DNA of 64,000 nucleotides. It comes from an uncultured Pseudomonadota bacterium (GTDB lineage Bacteria > Oederibacteriota > Muellerivitia > Muellerivitales > Muellerivitaceae). Every line of letters starts with the position of its first letter. Position 1 is the stretch's first letter. The stretch is taken from positions 736,001 through 800,000 of the forward strand of contig CAWIIP010000004.1 of assembly GCA_963836235.1 (NCBI GenBank), read 5' to 3'. A model generated the notes under the pieces. It was given only the letters and a program-made list of their open reading frames with translations, was not told where the DNA came from and searched no databases. Shown here piece by piece: positions 51,291 to 60,543 of this stretch. A program made the translations under genes and the position numbers.

Positions 51291-52625
51291 ATGAAATCAC
51301 CCATCCGGTTTGTGCTTGCAGCTGTTTTAATTGCCTTCTTGTTCGTTTGCTTTATCTGGAGTTTAAATTTAATTGGCTGGAAGGGGCCTTTGCTTCTTTT
51401 GGCTGGGGCCATTCTCGGTTCTGGCGTTCTTCGGATTTTCTCGGCCGATAAAAACTCTACTGGAACTATTCAAACTCTTCGAAAAGACGAAGAAAGAGAA
51501 AAAAAAATTCTCTCTACCCCTCTGGATGATAAGCGGGATATTTATATTCCAGGGCGAAATTTCGAGGAAATGCTGGAGCGCCTGGGCACCAATGAATCCA
51601 TGCTGAATGTTATCCTGAACAGCATGGGCGAAAGCGTGCTTCTTTTAAACCAGGCCGACCGTGTCGTTCTCATGAACCCGGCGGCGGAAAATATCCTGGG
51701 AAGGACCAAGAAGGAAAATATTGGCAAGCATTATTTGGAGGTCGTCCGTAATCCAATCCTGGCCGATCTCTTGTCTCGATCCAAGAAGGACGGATTGTCC
51801 AGCGGTGAAATTGATTTTGCGGTAGGCAAAGAGGAGAAAACTTTTGCCATCAGTGTGGCGGCTATCCGTGTGGAGAGAGAACACTTATTGGGGCAAATTG
51901 TGGTTCTTTCCGATATCACTTCGATAAAACGCCTGATGCGGATGAGGACTGAATTCGTGGCCAACGTTTCCCATGAACTTAAAACTCCATTGACGGCTAT
52001 TTTGGGGTATGTGGAGACTCTGATCGCAGGGGCTATCGACGATAAAAAAAATAGGGGTCTTTTTCTTCAAAAGATTTCGGACCAAGCCCAGAGACTGAAC
52101 GCACTCATTACGGATGTGTTGGAGCTTTCCCGGATTGAGAGTGGTATGTACATTAATTCCATGGAAACCGTGGATGTGGGGGAGGTTGCCCAACAGGCGG
52201 TTGAGCTTTTGAAGGCCAAGTGGGAAGCCAAAGAGATTGACCTGCGGCAGGAAGTTCCCGCCGGGACTAAGGTGTTAGCCCATCGAGAAGGAGTATTTCA
52301 CGTGATTGAAAATCTCTTGGATAACGCAGTCAAGTATTCCCCTCGGCAAAGCGGGATCCGTATTTATTCCAAGTCCATTGGAGATGGCAAAGTAGAATTG
52401 TCTGTCGAAGACAATGGTTCGGGCATTCCACTTGAGGCAAGATCCCGTGTTTTTGAGCGGTTTTTCCGCGTGGATGTTTCGCGTAGTCGTGAGGCCGGGG
52501 GGACAGGTCTTGGACTTTCAATCGTTAAGCATCTTGTTGAAAAAATGAACGGAGAGGTCTTTCTTGAGAGTGAGGAAGGAAAGGGTAGTACCTTCACGGT
52601 GGTTTTTGCGGGTATCTCTCAATAA
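51291..52625 (+). CDS. phoR: PhoR sensor histidine kinase
   Basis: Two TMs, PAS, EFVANVSHELKTPLT, RVFERFFRVDVSRSREAGGTGLGLSIVKH. Confidence 0.9.
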   Translation: MKSPIRFVLAAVLIAFLFVCFIWSLNLIGWKGPLLLLAGAILGSGVLRIFSADKNSTGTIQTLRKDEEREKKILSTPLDDKRDIYIPGRNFEEMLERLGTNESMLNVILNSMGESVLLLNQADRVVLMNPAAENILGRTKKENIGKHYLEVVRNPILADLLSRSKKDGLSSGEIDFAVGKEEKTFAISVAAIRVEREHLLGQIVVLSDITSIKRLMRMRTEFVANVSHELKTPLTAILGYVETLIAGAIDDKKNRGLFLQKISDQAQRLNALITDVLELSRIESGMYINSMETVDVGEVAQQAVELLKAKWEAKEIDLRQEVPAGTKVLAHREGVFHVIENLLDNAVKYSPRQSGIRIYSKSIGDGKVELSVEDNGSGIPLEARSRVFERFFRVDVSRSREAGGTGLGLSIVKHLVEKMNGEVFLESEEGKGSTFTVVFAGISQ

Positions 52626-52825
52626 AAGTTCTGTAGTTTTTTTTGAGTGCATTTTTTAAAAATATAATTAGTATTAAATGGAATATTTTACGTAATTCTC
52701 AAAAATCCAAGGCCACCTGAAAATGTAGCGTTTCTGAATCATGATGGAAGTTGTTAAAATCGATTTGAGTCAATCTTCGGGTACTATCGCTTAAGATAAA
52801 CAACTATATAAATGAGGATGGACCT

Positions 52826-53425
52826 ATGTATTTTCTTTTTGAGGGCGCCAGCCTAAAAATCGCTAAAAATCTGATTCAAGTTACCGGCGTCCAAGAAACT
52901 TTGAAGTTATTTCAGCAAAAAAACATTTCAAATGTAGGGATGGGAGAATTGCTCGTTCAAGTTTTGGCTCTTAATGCCTGTAACTTAGTGCAGACTATGA
53001 AAGAAAATTTCATTGATAAGGAAATCGACCCGGAGGATCAGCAGGATATCGCCGATGATTACGTGGTAGAAAATCTTCGGATGCTGGGCCTGATCAATAT
53101 AAGGGATGGAGCTGATCTTATGGATAAATGTCAGGATATCCTGGGCATTGCCGAAAAGCTACGTGTTTATTGGACGAGCGAGGATGATCCGAAGGGTCCC
53201 GGACCGCGCTATTATTGCGTGAAAGACGTTCTTCGACGCTTGGGGAATGAAAAAAATCTTGAACTGCACGACGCTCTATTCGAGTTTATGTACACGCAAC
53301 ACAAACATTTTATTCATTATTTTAGGACGCTTTTAGATCCGATCGATCCACCTATGGCGCTTGATGCTCATTCGCCCGCGTCTGTCGAAACACTGATTCC
53401 CTCAAACCCGCCTGTGGCCGAATAG
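52826..53425 (+). CDS. Hypothetical cytoplasmic protein
   Basis: 199-aa ORF in an otherwise empty interval. No motif recognised. Confidence 0.6.
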   Translation: MYFLFEGASLKIAKNLIQVTGVQETLKLFQQKNISNVGMGELLVQVLALNACNLVQTMKENFIDKEIDPEDQQDIADDYVVENLRMLGLINIRDGADLMDKCQDILGIAEKLRVYWTSEDDPKGPGPRYYCVKDVLRRLGNEKNLELHDALFEFMYTQHKHFIHYFRTLLDPIDPPMALDAHSPASVETLIPSNPPVAE

Positions 53426-53622
53426 GTTTAATCTTTTACAAATTCGTTATCGTTTCGAAGAAACTAAAAAGATTCTAAAATTATTTTATAGATAGTTAGG
53501 AAGGAGCTCGCGACTCAGTTGATCCCAAGGAAATGCATCATTCACCACACTCATGTTTTGAAGATTCATCAGAGCGAAAAATGAAAAGCCGTTAATTTTT
53601 CAGACTTTAGCTTTTGATTATC

Positions 53623-54423
53623 TTAAGTAGTGGTTTTTTCACTCGTCGTTTCCGGAACCGTGATTTGCTTTTCTGAAATAGTTGGAGAAAATTCCCTGAT
53701 TTGAGAAACTGCGGTTTTCTCCGACTTTTCACTTGCGGCGATTAATATTTTTTCAACCCGAGCCCTTATTTCCTTGGCGATGGAAACGGGAGAACGGCTT
53801 CCGGCGATGCTGTAAAATCCATATTCCCGTTGAAGCGTTTGGAAGACTTTGTGCAAACGGTTTTGATATTTGATGAAGTTGTCATACATGCCGCCCACAC
53901 GTTGTATATCCATGCCCGATTCCCAGTAATCCAGAAAGCCTCTTTTTTGGAAGTTACGTTCGGCAAGAATTTTAGGGCTGGTGTTCAAGTAGAAAACCGC
54001 GTCAGGGACTAGGGCAAAACCATAAATCTCCTTTAGCCAATCCATGGAAGAACCACGAACGATATCCCGGGCCATAAGGGTGTAGATATAACGATCCGCC
54101 AAGACCACAAAGCCCGCTTTTAAAGAAGGGATGATGACTCTTTCCAATTGGTCGGCAAAGTCGGTAGCATAAAAGAGGTTCAGGGTCAGGGCGTTTAAAG
54201 TATTGCCTTTCATGGCCTCGGCCAAGGCTTCTCCGACTAGTTCGGAACGCTTCAAGCCAACCATGACGGTGGGAAAGCCCTTGCGTTCCAACCAGTTTTG
54301 AAGGAAACCGATTTGCGTGGAACGTCCAGCGCCGTCGGAACCTTCGATCACAATCAATGTGCCCTTCAATTGCGTCAGGTCGACGTTTGGTAAGCCTTTT
54401 CCGTAATAGCGTTTGATTTTCAT
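53623..54423 (-). CDS. Thymidylate-kinase-like protein with degenerate P-loop (candidate PPK3 regulatory subunit)
   Basis: IEGSDGAGRST (Lys replaced by Arg), FYATDFADQLE, VLADRYIYT, ESGMD. ATGA overlap with its partner. Confidence 0.75.
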   Translation of the reverse strand: MKIKRYYGKGLPNVDLTQLKGTLIVIEGSDGAGRSTQIGFLQNWLERKGFPTVMVGLKRSELVGEALAEAMKGNTLNALTLNLFYATDFADQLERVIIPSLKAGFVVLADRYIYTLMARDIVRGSSMDWLKEIYGFALVPDAVFYLNTSPKILAERNFQKRGFLDYWESGMDIQRVGGMYDNFIKYQNRLHKVFQTLQREYGFYSIAGSRSPVSIAKEIRARVEKILIAASEKSEKTAVSQIREFSPTISEKQITVPETTSEKTTT

Positions 54424-55115
54424 GAATGCACCCCGCGTTTCAGTTTAAACTTTTTCAAGTCGATGAGCTTTTTCACGATGTCCCGCATTTTCGCCTGTTG
54501 TTCCTCAGAGGGTTCACAGGCGTTCACTCGTTCGGCCGGGAATTCCTTGAATATTCGGCCATACTCCTCGTAAATCTTTCCCTGGAAAATCCGGAAAGAT
54601 TCATAAGGGTCTTTAGAAAAACCCATATCCATGCCAGCTTCGTGGAATTTAAGGGCGGGACGGCCTTCCAGGATGCGGCCCAAGGCTACTTCAAGTGGCA
54701 ACTCGAAAAAGAAAGTGATGTCGGGTTTTCGGGCGAAACGGTAGAGCTTTCTCAGCCAGTCCCGATCGCATCCCCGCACCGAATCCCGAGCATAGGCGGT
54801 ATAAACATAACGATCGGCCAGAACCATGTAACCGCCCTTGAGAAGCGGAAGAATCTGTCGTTCATAGCGGTCGGCGAAATCGGTAGCGTGAATTAATGAA
54901 AAGGTGGTGGGGGTCAAAAGCTTTTTCTTTTTCCCTTTACGAGTGGCCTTTCTCACCAATTCAGAGGAGTTCCATTCGGTGAAAAAAACCTTGTACCCTT
55001 CCAATTCCAGCCAGCGTTTCAGAAGACGTATCTGCGTGGATTTGCCTGAACCATCCAGGCCTTCAACCGCAATAAGCTTGCCCTCGATCTCTTTGGGCGT
55101 TTTTATTTTTACCAT
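54420..55115 (-). CDS. Thymidylate-kinase-like protein with intact P-loop (candidate PPK3 catalytic subunit)
   Basis: VEGLDGSGKST, FTEWNSS, HATDFADRYE, VLADRYVYT, EAGMD. Confidence 0.78.
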   Translation of the reverse strand: MVKIKTPKEIEGKLIAVEGLDGSGKSTQIRLLKRWLELEGYKVFFTEWNSSELVRKATRKGKKKKLLTPTTFSLIHATDFADRYERQILPLLKGGYMVLADRYVYTAYARDSVRGCDRDWLRKLYRFARKPDITFFFELPLEVALGRILEGRPALKFHEAGMDMGFSKDPYESFRIFQGKIYEEYGRIFKEFPAERVNACEPSEEQQAKMRDIVKKLIDLKKFKLKRGVHS

Positions 55116-55119
55116 GCAG

Positions 55120-56631
55120 TTAACTCCTCACGGAAAATTTGATTTTATAGATTTTTTCGAACATGTCGCATTTTTTCAAAAGGGCCCAGCGTTCCAACAA
55201 GAGGTCGCCTTGCCCGATCATCTTTATTGAGAAGTGGGGCCGTTTGAACTGTGTGCGGAATCCCTGTACCCGGCTGGAGTGGTCGTGGTCCATGGCATCC
55301 GCCACTCGCAATAAAGCCGCAAGCTTGCTGACGATCAGCTTTTCTCTTGGTTGGAGGAGGCGATAGTTTTCATGTGTGGCCTTGGGCATTGCCTTGCGAT
55401 GGTATCGGGAGATATTGGCGATCACTTCTACCTGGGTGGGTTGGAGACCGATCAAGGATGAGGCCTTGATTAAGTAATAAGAATGTTTGTGGTGGGCGGC
55501 GTAATTGACAAACTGTCCAATGTCATGCAGTCGGGCGGCCGCTTCTAAAAGAAGCTTGTTTTCGTCCCCTAACCGGTGGAGTTTTTTTGTCTTGTCAAAA
55601 AGCTCCAGAGCCAATTTCGCTACGGTATTAGCATGAGGCTCGTCGTAAGAATACTTTAGACCGATACGTCGAATGGAAGTCATCACCTCGTCCCGGTGCT
55701 GAGGCGGCTTTCCGGTCAAAAGTTCAGACACCATATCGATCAAGAGCCCTTCCTTGACACCCACGTTAGGGATATAGACCCGGCTAGAATGACTGACTTC
55801 CATAATTTGTCTTAATGCGGTGGCTGCTGGTACGATGACGTCCGCCCGGTCGGGTCTTAGTCCTAACCGGGTGATACGGTCGTCGTAGGATATCTTTCGG
55901 ATTCTGGAAAGAATGGTGTCCAATTCAGAACGAGTGACGAAGTTGCTGTCTTTTTTGTGGAGAAGTTGCGCTTTCAAAAGGAGGAGGGTATCCAAATTGC
56001 CGCCGGTACCGATGCAAAGATCGACCTTTTCACCGGCAAGCTTTTGGTTGAAACGCTTTCGGGCCGCCTCGACGTATTCCTGGACCATTAGATTGAATTT
56101 TTCCTCGCCGTACTTCTGGCGTTCTAAAACCTGCAACAATCTCACGGCCCCCATTTGAAAGCTTTCGGTCGCGAGTATTCTTCCGTTGCGGGCGAGGGTG
56201 ATTTCCACGCTTCCACCGCCAATATCCACCAGCATGGCGGTCTTGGCTTCCAATGGGATTTTTTTGGAAACGGCGAGGTAGACCAATAGAGCTTCTTCCT
56301 CGGCGGTGATGGTTTTAAGCTCAATGCCAGTAGCCTGAAATATTTTTTTGATGAAGATATCCCGGTTTTGGGATTCCCGCAGGGCGCTCGTGGCGACCGC
56401 CCGGGTTTTCAGGACATGGTGTTGTTCAATGACTTCCTTGAAACGAGTAAAAGCCTCGATGGATCGGCGGGTGGTTTCCTTCGAAATGGAACCTTTGGTG
56501 AAAACATCCATTCCCAGACGCACGGGCTCACGCATATCCTCCACCACGTGGAGCTTACGGTTGTGGTCCATGAAACCAATGGCCAGTCGCATAGCATTAG
56601 AACCCACATCAATGGCGCATAAAGTCGGCAT
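55120..56631 (-). CDS. ppx: Ppx/GppA exopolyphosphatase with C-terminal HD domain
   Basis: AIDVGSNAMR, ATSALRES, DIGGGSVE, RADVI, GVKEG, LHDIG, HHKHSYYLI. Confidence 0.93.
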   Translation of the reverse strand: MPTLCAIDVGSNAMRLAIGFMDHNRKLHVVEDMREPVRLGMDVFTKGSISKETTRRSIEAFTRFKEVIEQHHVLKTRAVATSALRESQNRDIFIKKIFQATGIELKTITAEEEALLVYLAVSKKIPLEAKTAMLVDIGGGSVEITLARNGRILATESFQMGAVRLLQVLERQKYGEEKFNLMVQEYVEAARKRFNQKLAGEKVDLCIGTGGNLDTLLLLKAQLLHKKDSNFVTRSELDTILSRIRKISYDDRITRLGLRPDRADVIVPAATALRQIMEVSHSSRVYIPNVGVKEGLLIDMVSELLTGKPPQHRDEVMTSIRRIGLKYSYDEPHANTVAKLALELFDKTKKLHRLGDENKLLLEAAARLHDIGQFVNYAAHHKHSYYLIKASSLIGLQPTQVEVIANISRYHRKAMPKATHENYRLLQPREKLIVSKLAALLRVADAMDHDHSSRVQGFRTQFKRPHFSIKMIGQGDLLLERWALLKKCDMFEKIYKIKFSVRS

Positions 56632-56826
56632 TTCAAACCAGCTTTCAATAATCAACCCTGTTGGGGGGTTGGTAGGGGTAAAGCTAAACTTTTAGATTTT
56701 TTAGAACTATTTTGGCCTACTCAAAAAGGGCCTCATTTTATCAGTCTTTTTCCCTTTTCAAAGAGTTCCAATGTTAAATCTCTAGCTTTTAGCGGGGTTA
56801 ATGGTGAAACGCGCTTTTTGCCAATT

Positions 56827-56855
56827 CTTAATAGGTGTTTTACATGGCTGAAACA
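56827..56855 (+). promoter_or_regulatory. Pho box array upstream of the PAP2 gene (divergent from ppx)
   Basis: CTTAATA-N4-TTTTACA-N4-TGAAACA, three units at 11-bp period. Confidence 0.6.
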
Positions 56856-56895
56856 GTCTTGCCCTACCTTCAAGTCAATAAAAAGGAGTATAGGC

Positions 56896-57444
56896 ATGGC
56901 TCAAGGCTTGATACAACAAGTCACCCAATGGGACGACCGACTCTTCGGGATGATTTTCGGGAATGTCCAAAGAAAAATGTGGAAGAAGTTTTTTTATGTT
57001 CTTTCTCGAAGCGCGGAAAGCTACTCTTGCGCTGTGATGGGCTTGGCTTGGGTGGTAATAAATCCCAAGACTATTCCCTATGTTGTGGCCGGTGTCTTGG
57101 CCTTCACACTGGAATTGACTCTTTATTATGTTCTCAAAAAAAATATCAAAAGGCCTCGTCCCTTCATGAAACACCAAGGGATACAATACCTTATCATGCC
57201 GCCCGATGAATTTAGCTTCCCATCCGGCCATACCGCCGCTGCTTTTCTTATGGCAACTCTCATTTCCACAGCCGTTCCGATTCTGATCGCGCCGTTTTTA
57301 ATTTGGGCTTGTTTAGTGGGATTTTCTAGAGTTTATCTAGGGGTGCATTATCCAACCGACGTTTTGGCAGGGATGTTGTTGGGTGTCTCTAGCGCTCAAA
57401 CAGGATTATTCCTCCTTCACTATATCCTAGGTTTTAACATTTAG
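56896..57444 (+). CDS. PAP2-family phosphatase
   Basis: KKNIKRPRP, SFPSGH, SRVYLGVHYPTDV. AAGGAG RBS before ATG 56896. Confidence 0.92.
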   Translation: MAQGLIQQVTQWDDRLFGMIFGNVQRKMWKKFFYVLSRSAESYSCAVMGLAWVVINPKTIPYVVAGVLAFTLELTLYYVLKKNIKRPRPFMKHQGIQYLIMPPDEFSFPSGHTAAAFLMATLISTAVPILIAPFLIWACLVGFSRVYLGVHYPTDVLAGMLLGVSSAQTGLFLLHYILGFNI

Positions 57445-57524
57445 CTTTTTTAACCCTATTTTTGTCCCCGCATTTTTGGAACTTTAAAAAGGGATTTGAT
57501 TTACGCTGGGTTTAATGGAATTTT

Positions 57525-57734
57525 ATGAAAAAAAGAAAAACTGTTTTCAAGGAAGTGAAGAGAACTTTCCTTAAATCGGGTCACAAAAACCAACCCAAGA
57601 AGAAAAAATTCCTTGAAGATGTTTTTGCTTTTCGCTGGCTTAAAAAAGCTATGGTGGGGAAGACTCAAGAGGAATCGTTGGATCTTTTGGACCAGTGGAT
57701 TCTTAAAAAGAAGACATTGACTCTTTTCTTTTAA
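57525..57734 (+). CDS. Small basic hypothetical protein
   Basis: 69-aa ORF in an intergenic gap, weak RBS. Confidence 0.35.
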   Translation: MKKRKTVFKEVKRTFLKSGHKNQPKKKKFLEDVFAFRWLKKAMVGKTQEESLDLLDQWILKKKTLTLFF

Positions 57735-57786
57735 TAATTTTGATCATTAATTTTCTTTTGATTTGAGTTGTTAAAACCCGGTCAAA

Positions 57787-57815
57787 GTTAACTCGGATTT
57801 AACATGGTTGAAATG
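57787..57815 (+). promoter_or_regulatory. Pho box upstream of the porin
   Basis: GTTAACT-CGGA-TTTAACA-TGGT-TGAAATG, 11-bp period. Confidence 0.6.
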
Positions 57816-57963
57816 TTTCGCGTAGACCCCACCTATAGACTTCCGCACGAATTTCTTCCGATTCGGTTTTTCTACATCCCTCGACACCCCGCTGTTCCAG
57901 TACAGGAAACCGAAGAACCCGAATCGGGGAAAAGTTGTACAAATTAAGTTTTAAGGAGAGGTT

Positions 57964-59307
57964 ATGAAACGCATTTGGTTGTTGGTGCTTTTGATGGCCG
58001 GGTCGCTGGTAGCCCTGAAGGCTCCGGTCTTCGCCGATGAAACTAGTACGGATGCGATGGAGGACGTGAATTCGGCCCTCGGCGCTTTGTCTAATCGTGT
58101 CAATACGCTGGAAAAGAAGGGCCCGTCGGTTGAAGTCCATGGTTTTGCGGAATTGGACTACATTTTTGACGATACCATCATGGGATTGGGAACGGAAACC
58201 ATTGGCTCAACCGCCCAAATTCCACATGCGGGTGGATATCAACAAAACAATGGGCAAGCTCAATTTTCAGCCCGTAACAGCCGTCTTGATGCTTTGTCCA
58301 AAGTGACGGTGGATGGTTGGGATACCAAGGGCTATGTGGAGGGTGACTTTTTTGGAGTTACCAACACGGCTGAAAATAAGGAATTTACGCAACCAACTTT
58401 CCGTCTCCGTCATGCCTACATGGAAGCTCAAAAAGATGGATGGGACATCATGGCTGGCCAATGGTGGACTCTTTTTGGTTGGAACTCGGACAACGTTCTT
58501 GCAACTGTTGACGATGCTCCGATCATGGGAACGATTTATGAGAGAACACCTAGACTTGGTTTGATGAAGACCTTTGGGGATGATTTTCAAACCCAAATAG
58601 CCGTTGACGCCGAGCGTCCAGAAGAGGCTTTTTCTACGATTCCCAATTTCAACGGCGGTATTCGGTTTAAGTTGAACGATTGGCAGTCTCAGTTTGCTTA
58701 CGCTACAGGCGGGTCCAAGCTCGTTCCTTTGAGCGTTGGTATTTCTGGAACCTTCCGCAATTATTCATATTTGCCTACCGGCAAAATTGATTTTGCTGAT
58801 GTGTCTTCTGGGGGAGTCGCGGTCGATGCTCAAATCCCCGTTCTCACGGCTACTAGCGCTAATGTAAAAGATAATCCTACTCTTATTCTTACCGGAGAGT
58901 GGATGGTTGGAAAAGGAGTGGCCGATGCTTTGAATGGTTGGAGTGGTGGTGGATCTGCTAGCCCCGCCGCTTATCAAGGTTTAGATGCGGGCATTATTGG
59001 TACTGATGGTCAGGTGCAAGGATTATTAATCGATGATCAGAGCTGGAATGCCCAGTTGCAGTTTCATATGCCGCAGTCCGTTGGGACTTACTTGACCTTT
59101 GGATACGGCGAAGTCTATTCGGATAATAACAGGCTTATGACAGGTTCGACCTATAACGACGATAACGGCTTATTTGTTAACGTTGTCCAAGACTTCACGG
59201 ACAACGTTCGTGCCGGCATCGAGTGGTCACGGTATCAGGACAATTATTTGAACAACAATTACGGAGTTGACCACCGTCTGCAATTGTCCACTTGGTACCG
59301 TTTCTAA
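57964..59307 (+). CDS. DcaP-like outer-membrane porin, probably for phosphate uptake
   Basis: Signal peptide, short coiled coil, ARNSRL, GYVEGDFFG, FRLRHAY, AGQWWTLF, terminal WYRF*. Directly upstream of pstS. Confidence 0.75.
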   Translation: MKRIWLLVLLMAGSLVALKAPVFADETSTDAMEDVNSALGALSNRVNTLEKKGPSVEVHGFAELDYIFDDTIMGLGTETIGSTAQIPHAGGYQQNNGQAQFSARNSRLDALSKVTVDGWDTKGYVEGDFFGVTNTAENKEFTQPTFRLRHAYMEAQKDGWDIMAGQWWTLFGWNSDNVLATVDDAPIMGTIYERTPRLGLMKTFGDDFQTQIAVDAERPEEAFSTIPNFNGGIRFKLNDWQSQFAYATGGSKLVPLSVGISGTFRNYSYLPTGKIDFADVSSGGVAVDAQIPVLTATSANVKDNPTLILTGEWMVGKGVADALNGWSGGGSASPAAYQGLDAGIIGTDGQVQGLLIDDQSWNAQLQFHMPQSVGTYLTFGYGEVYSDNNRLMTGSTYNDDNGLFVNVVQDFTDNVRAGIEWSRYQDNYLNNNYGVDHRLQLSTWYRF

Positions 59308-59356
59308 GTTAGTAAGGCTATCGGAGGTTTTTGACACGGTAGTTTGAATGCATCCC

Positions 59357-59409
59357 AAGGGGCCACCCGGTATTCAGGGAACCGGGGTTGGCCCCTTCCT
59401 CCGCTTTTT
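59357..59409 (+). terminator. Hairpin / probable terminator after the porin
   Basis: AAGGGGCCA-CCCGGT ... ACCGGG-GT-TGGCCCCTT stem, with a short T run downstream. Confidence 0.55.
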
Positions 59410-59431
59410 GTGGAATTTGTCGGGGGAATTA

Positions 59432-59449
59432 CTTAACACACCTGTAACA
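59432..59449 (+). promoter_or_regulatory. Pho box upstream of pstS
   Basis: CTTAACA-CACC-TGTAACA, 11-bp period. Confidence 0.72.
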
Positions 59450-59501
59450 ATTTAAAGTTCGATAAAAGCTTAAAATCAAACATGAAATTAGAGGAGATAA
59501 A

Positions 59502-60530
59502 ATGAAAAGTTTTAAACGTAGTTTAGCCGTTGCCCTTGTGGGTGCGGTTTTGGCGGGTACTCAGATTGCCCAAGCAGCCAGTGTTTCCCTCAATGGAGCC
59601 GGGGCTACATTTCCTTATCCCATTTATTCCAAATGGTTCTATGAGTACAACAAAAAAACTGGGGTTCAGGTCAACTACCAGTCCATTGGTTCGGGTGGTG
59701 GTGTTCAACAGTTCACCGCAAAGACGGTAGACTTCGGTGCCTCTGATGCCTTTTTGACCGATGATGAAACCCAGAAGGTCGACGGCAAAGTAATTCACCT
59801 GCCGACTGTCATTGGTTCTGAGCCAATTGTCTATAACGTTCCAGGCGTGGATTCAGGTCTAAAGCTGACTCCCGAAATTTTGGCTGGAATTTTTTTAGGG
59901 GATATTACCAAATGGAATGATCCGAAGATTGTTGAGATTAATGATGGAGTTACTCTTCCGGATTTGAACATTACGGTTGCACATCGTTCTGATGGAAGTG
60001 GGACAACCAATATCTTCACGAATTACTTAGCTAAGGTCAGCACCAAATGGGCGGCCAGTGCGGGTTGGGGTAAGGCCGTCAAATGGCCTGTTGGTGTGGG
60101 TGGCAAAGGCAACGAGGGAGTGGCAGGATTAGTCAAACAGATTCCTGGGACCATTGGTTATGTCGAATTGGCTTATGCCAAGCAAAATGGAATGGCAATG
60201 GCAAAGTTGAAAAACCGGGCAGGGAACTACATGGAAGCTTCGGTCGAATCAACGACTGCGGCAGCTGCGGGTGCATTGAAGAGAATGCCTGCGGATTTCA
60301 AAGTGATGATCACCGATGCTCCAGGTGAAAATGCTTATCCGATTAGTGGGTTCACTTGGTTGCTGATTCAACCGAAATATGATGACGCTGAAAAGGGAAA
60401 AGCCGTGGTGGATATGTTGAAGTGGATTTATTCCGACGGCCAAGCAATGGCCACGGACCTTTTCTATGCGCCTCTTCCGGCTTCTTTGATAGAAAAGATT
60501 AGCGCGAAGGTCGATGGGATTAAGTACTAA
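59502..60530 (+). CDS. pstS: Phosphate ABC transporter substrate-binding protein
   Basis: GAGATFPYPIY, YQSIGSGGG, DFGASD, HRSDGSGTT, GKGNEGV. Confidence 0.97.
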   Translation: MKSFKRSLAVALVGAVLAGTQIAQAASVSLNGAGATFPYPIYSKWFYEYNKKTGVQVNYQSIGSGGGVQQFTAKTVDFGASDAFLTDDETQKVDGKVIHLPTVIGSEPIVYNVPGVDSGLKLTPEILAGIFLGDITKWNDPKIVEINDGVTLPDLNITVAHRSDGSGTTNIFTNYLAKVSTKWAASAGWGKAVKWPVGVGGKGNEGVAGLVKQIPGTIGYVELAYAKQNGMAMAKLKNRAGNYMEASVESTTAAAAGALKRMPADFKVMITDAPGENAYPISGFTWLLIQPKYDDAEKGKAVVDMLKWIYSDGQAMATDLFYAPLPASLIEKISAKVDGIKY

Positions 60531-60543
60531 CGGGTGGTGATTT

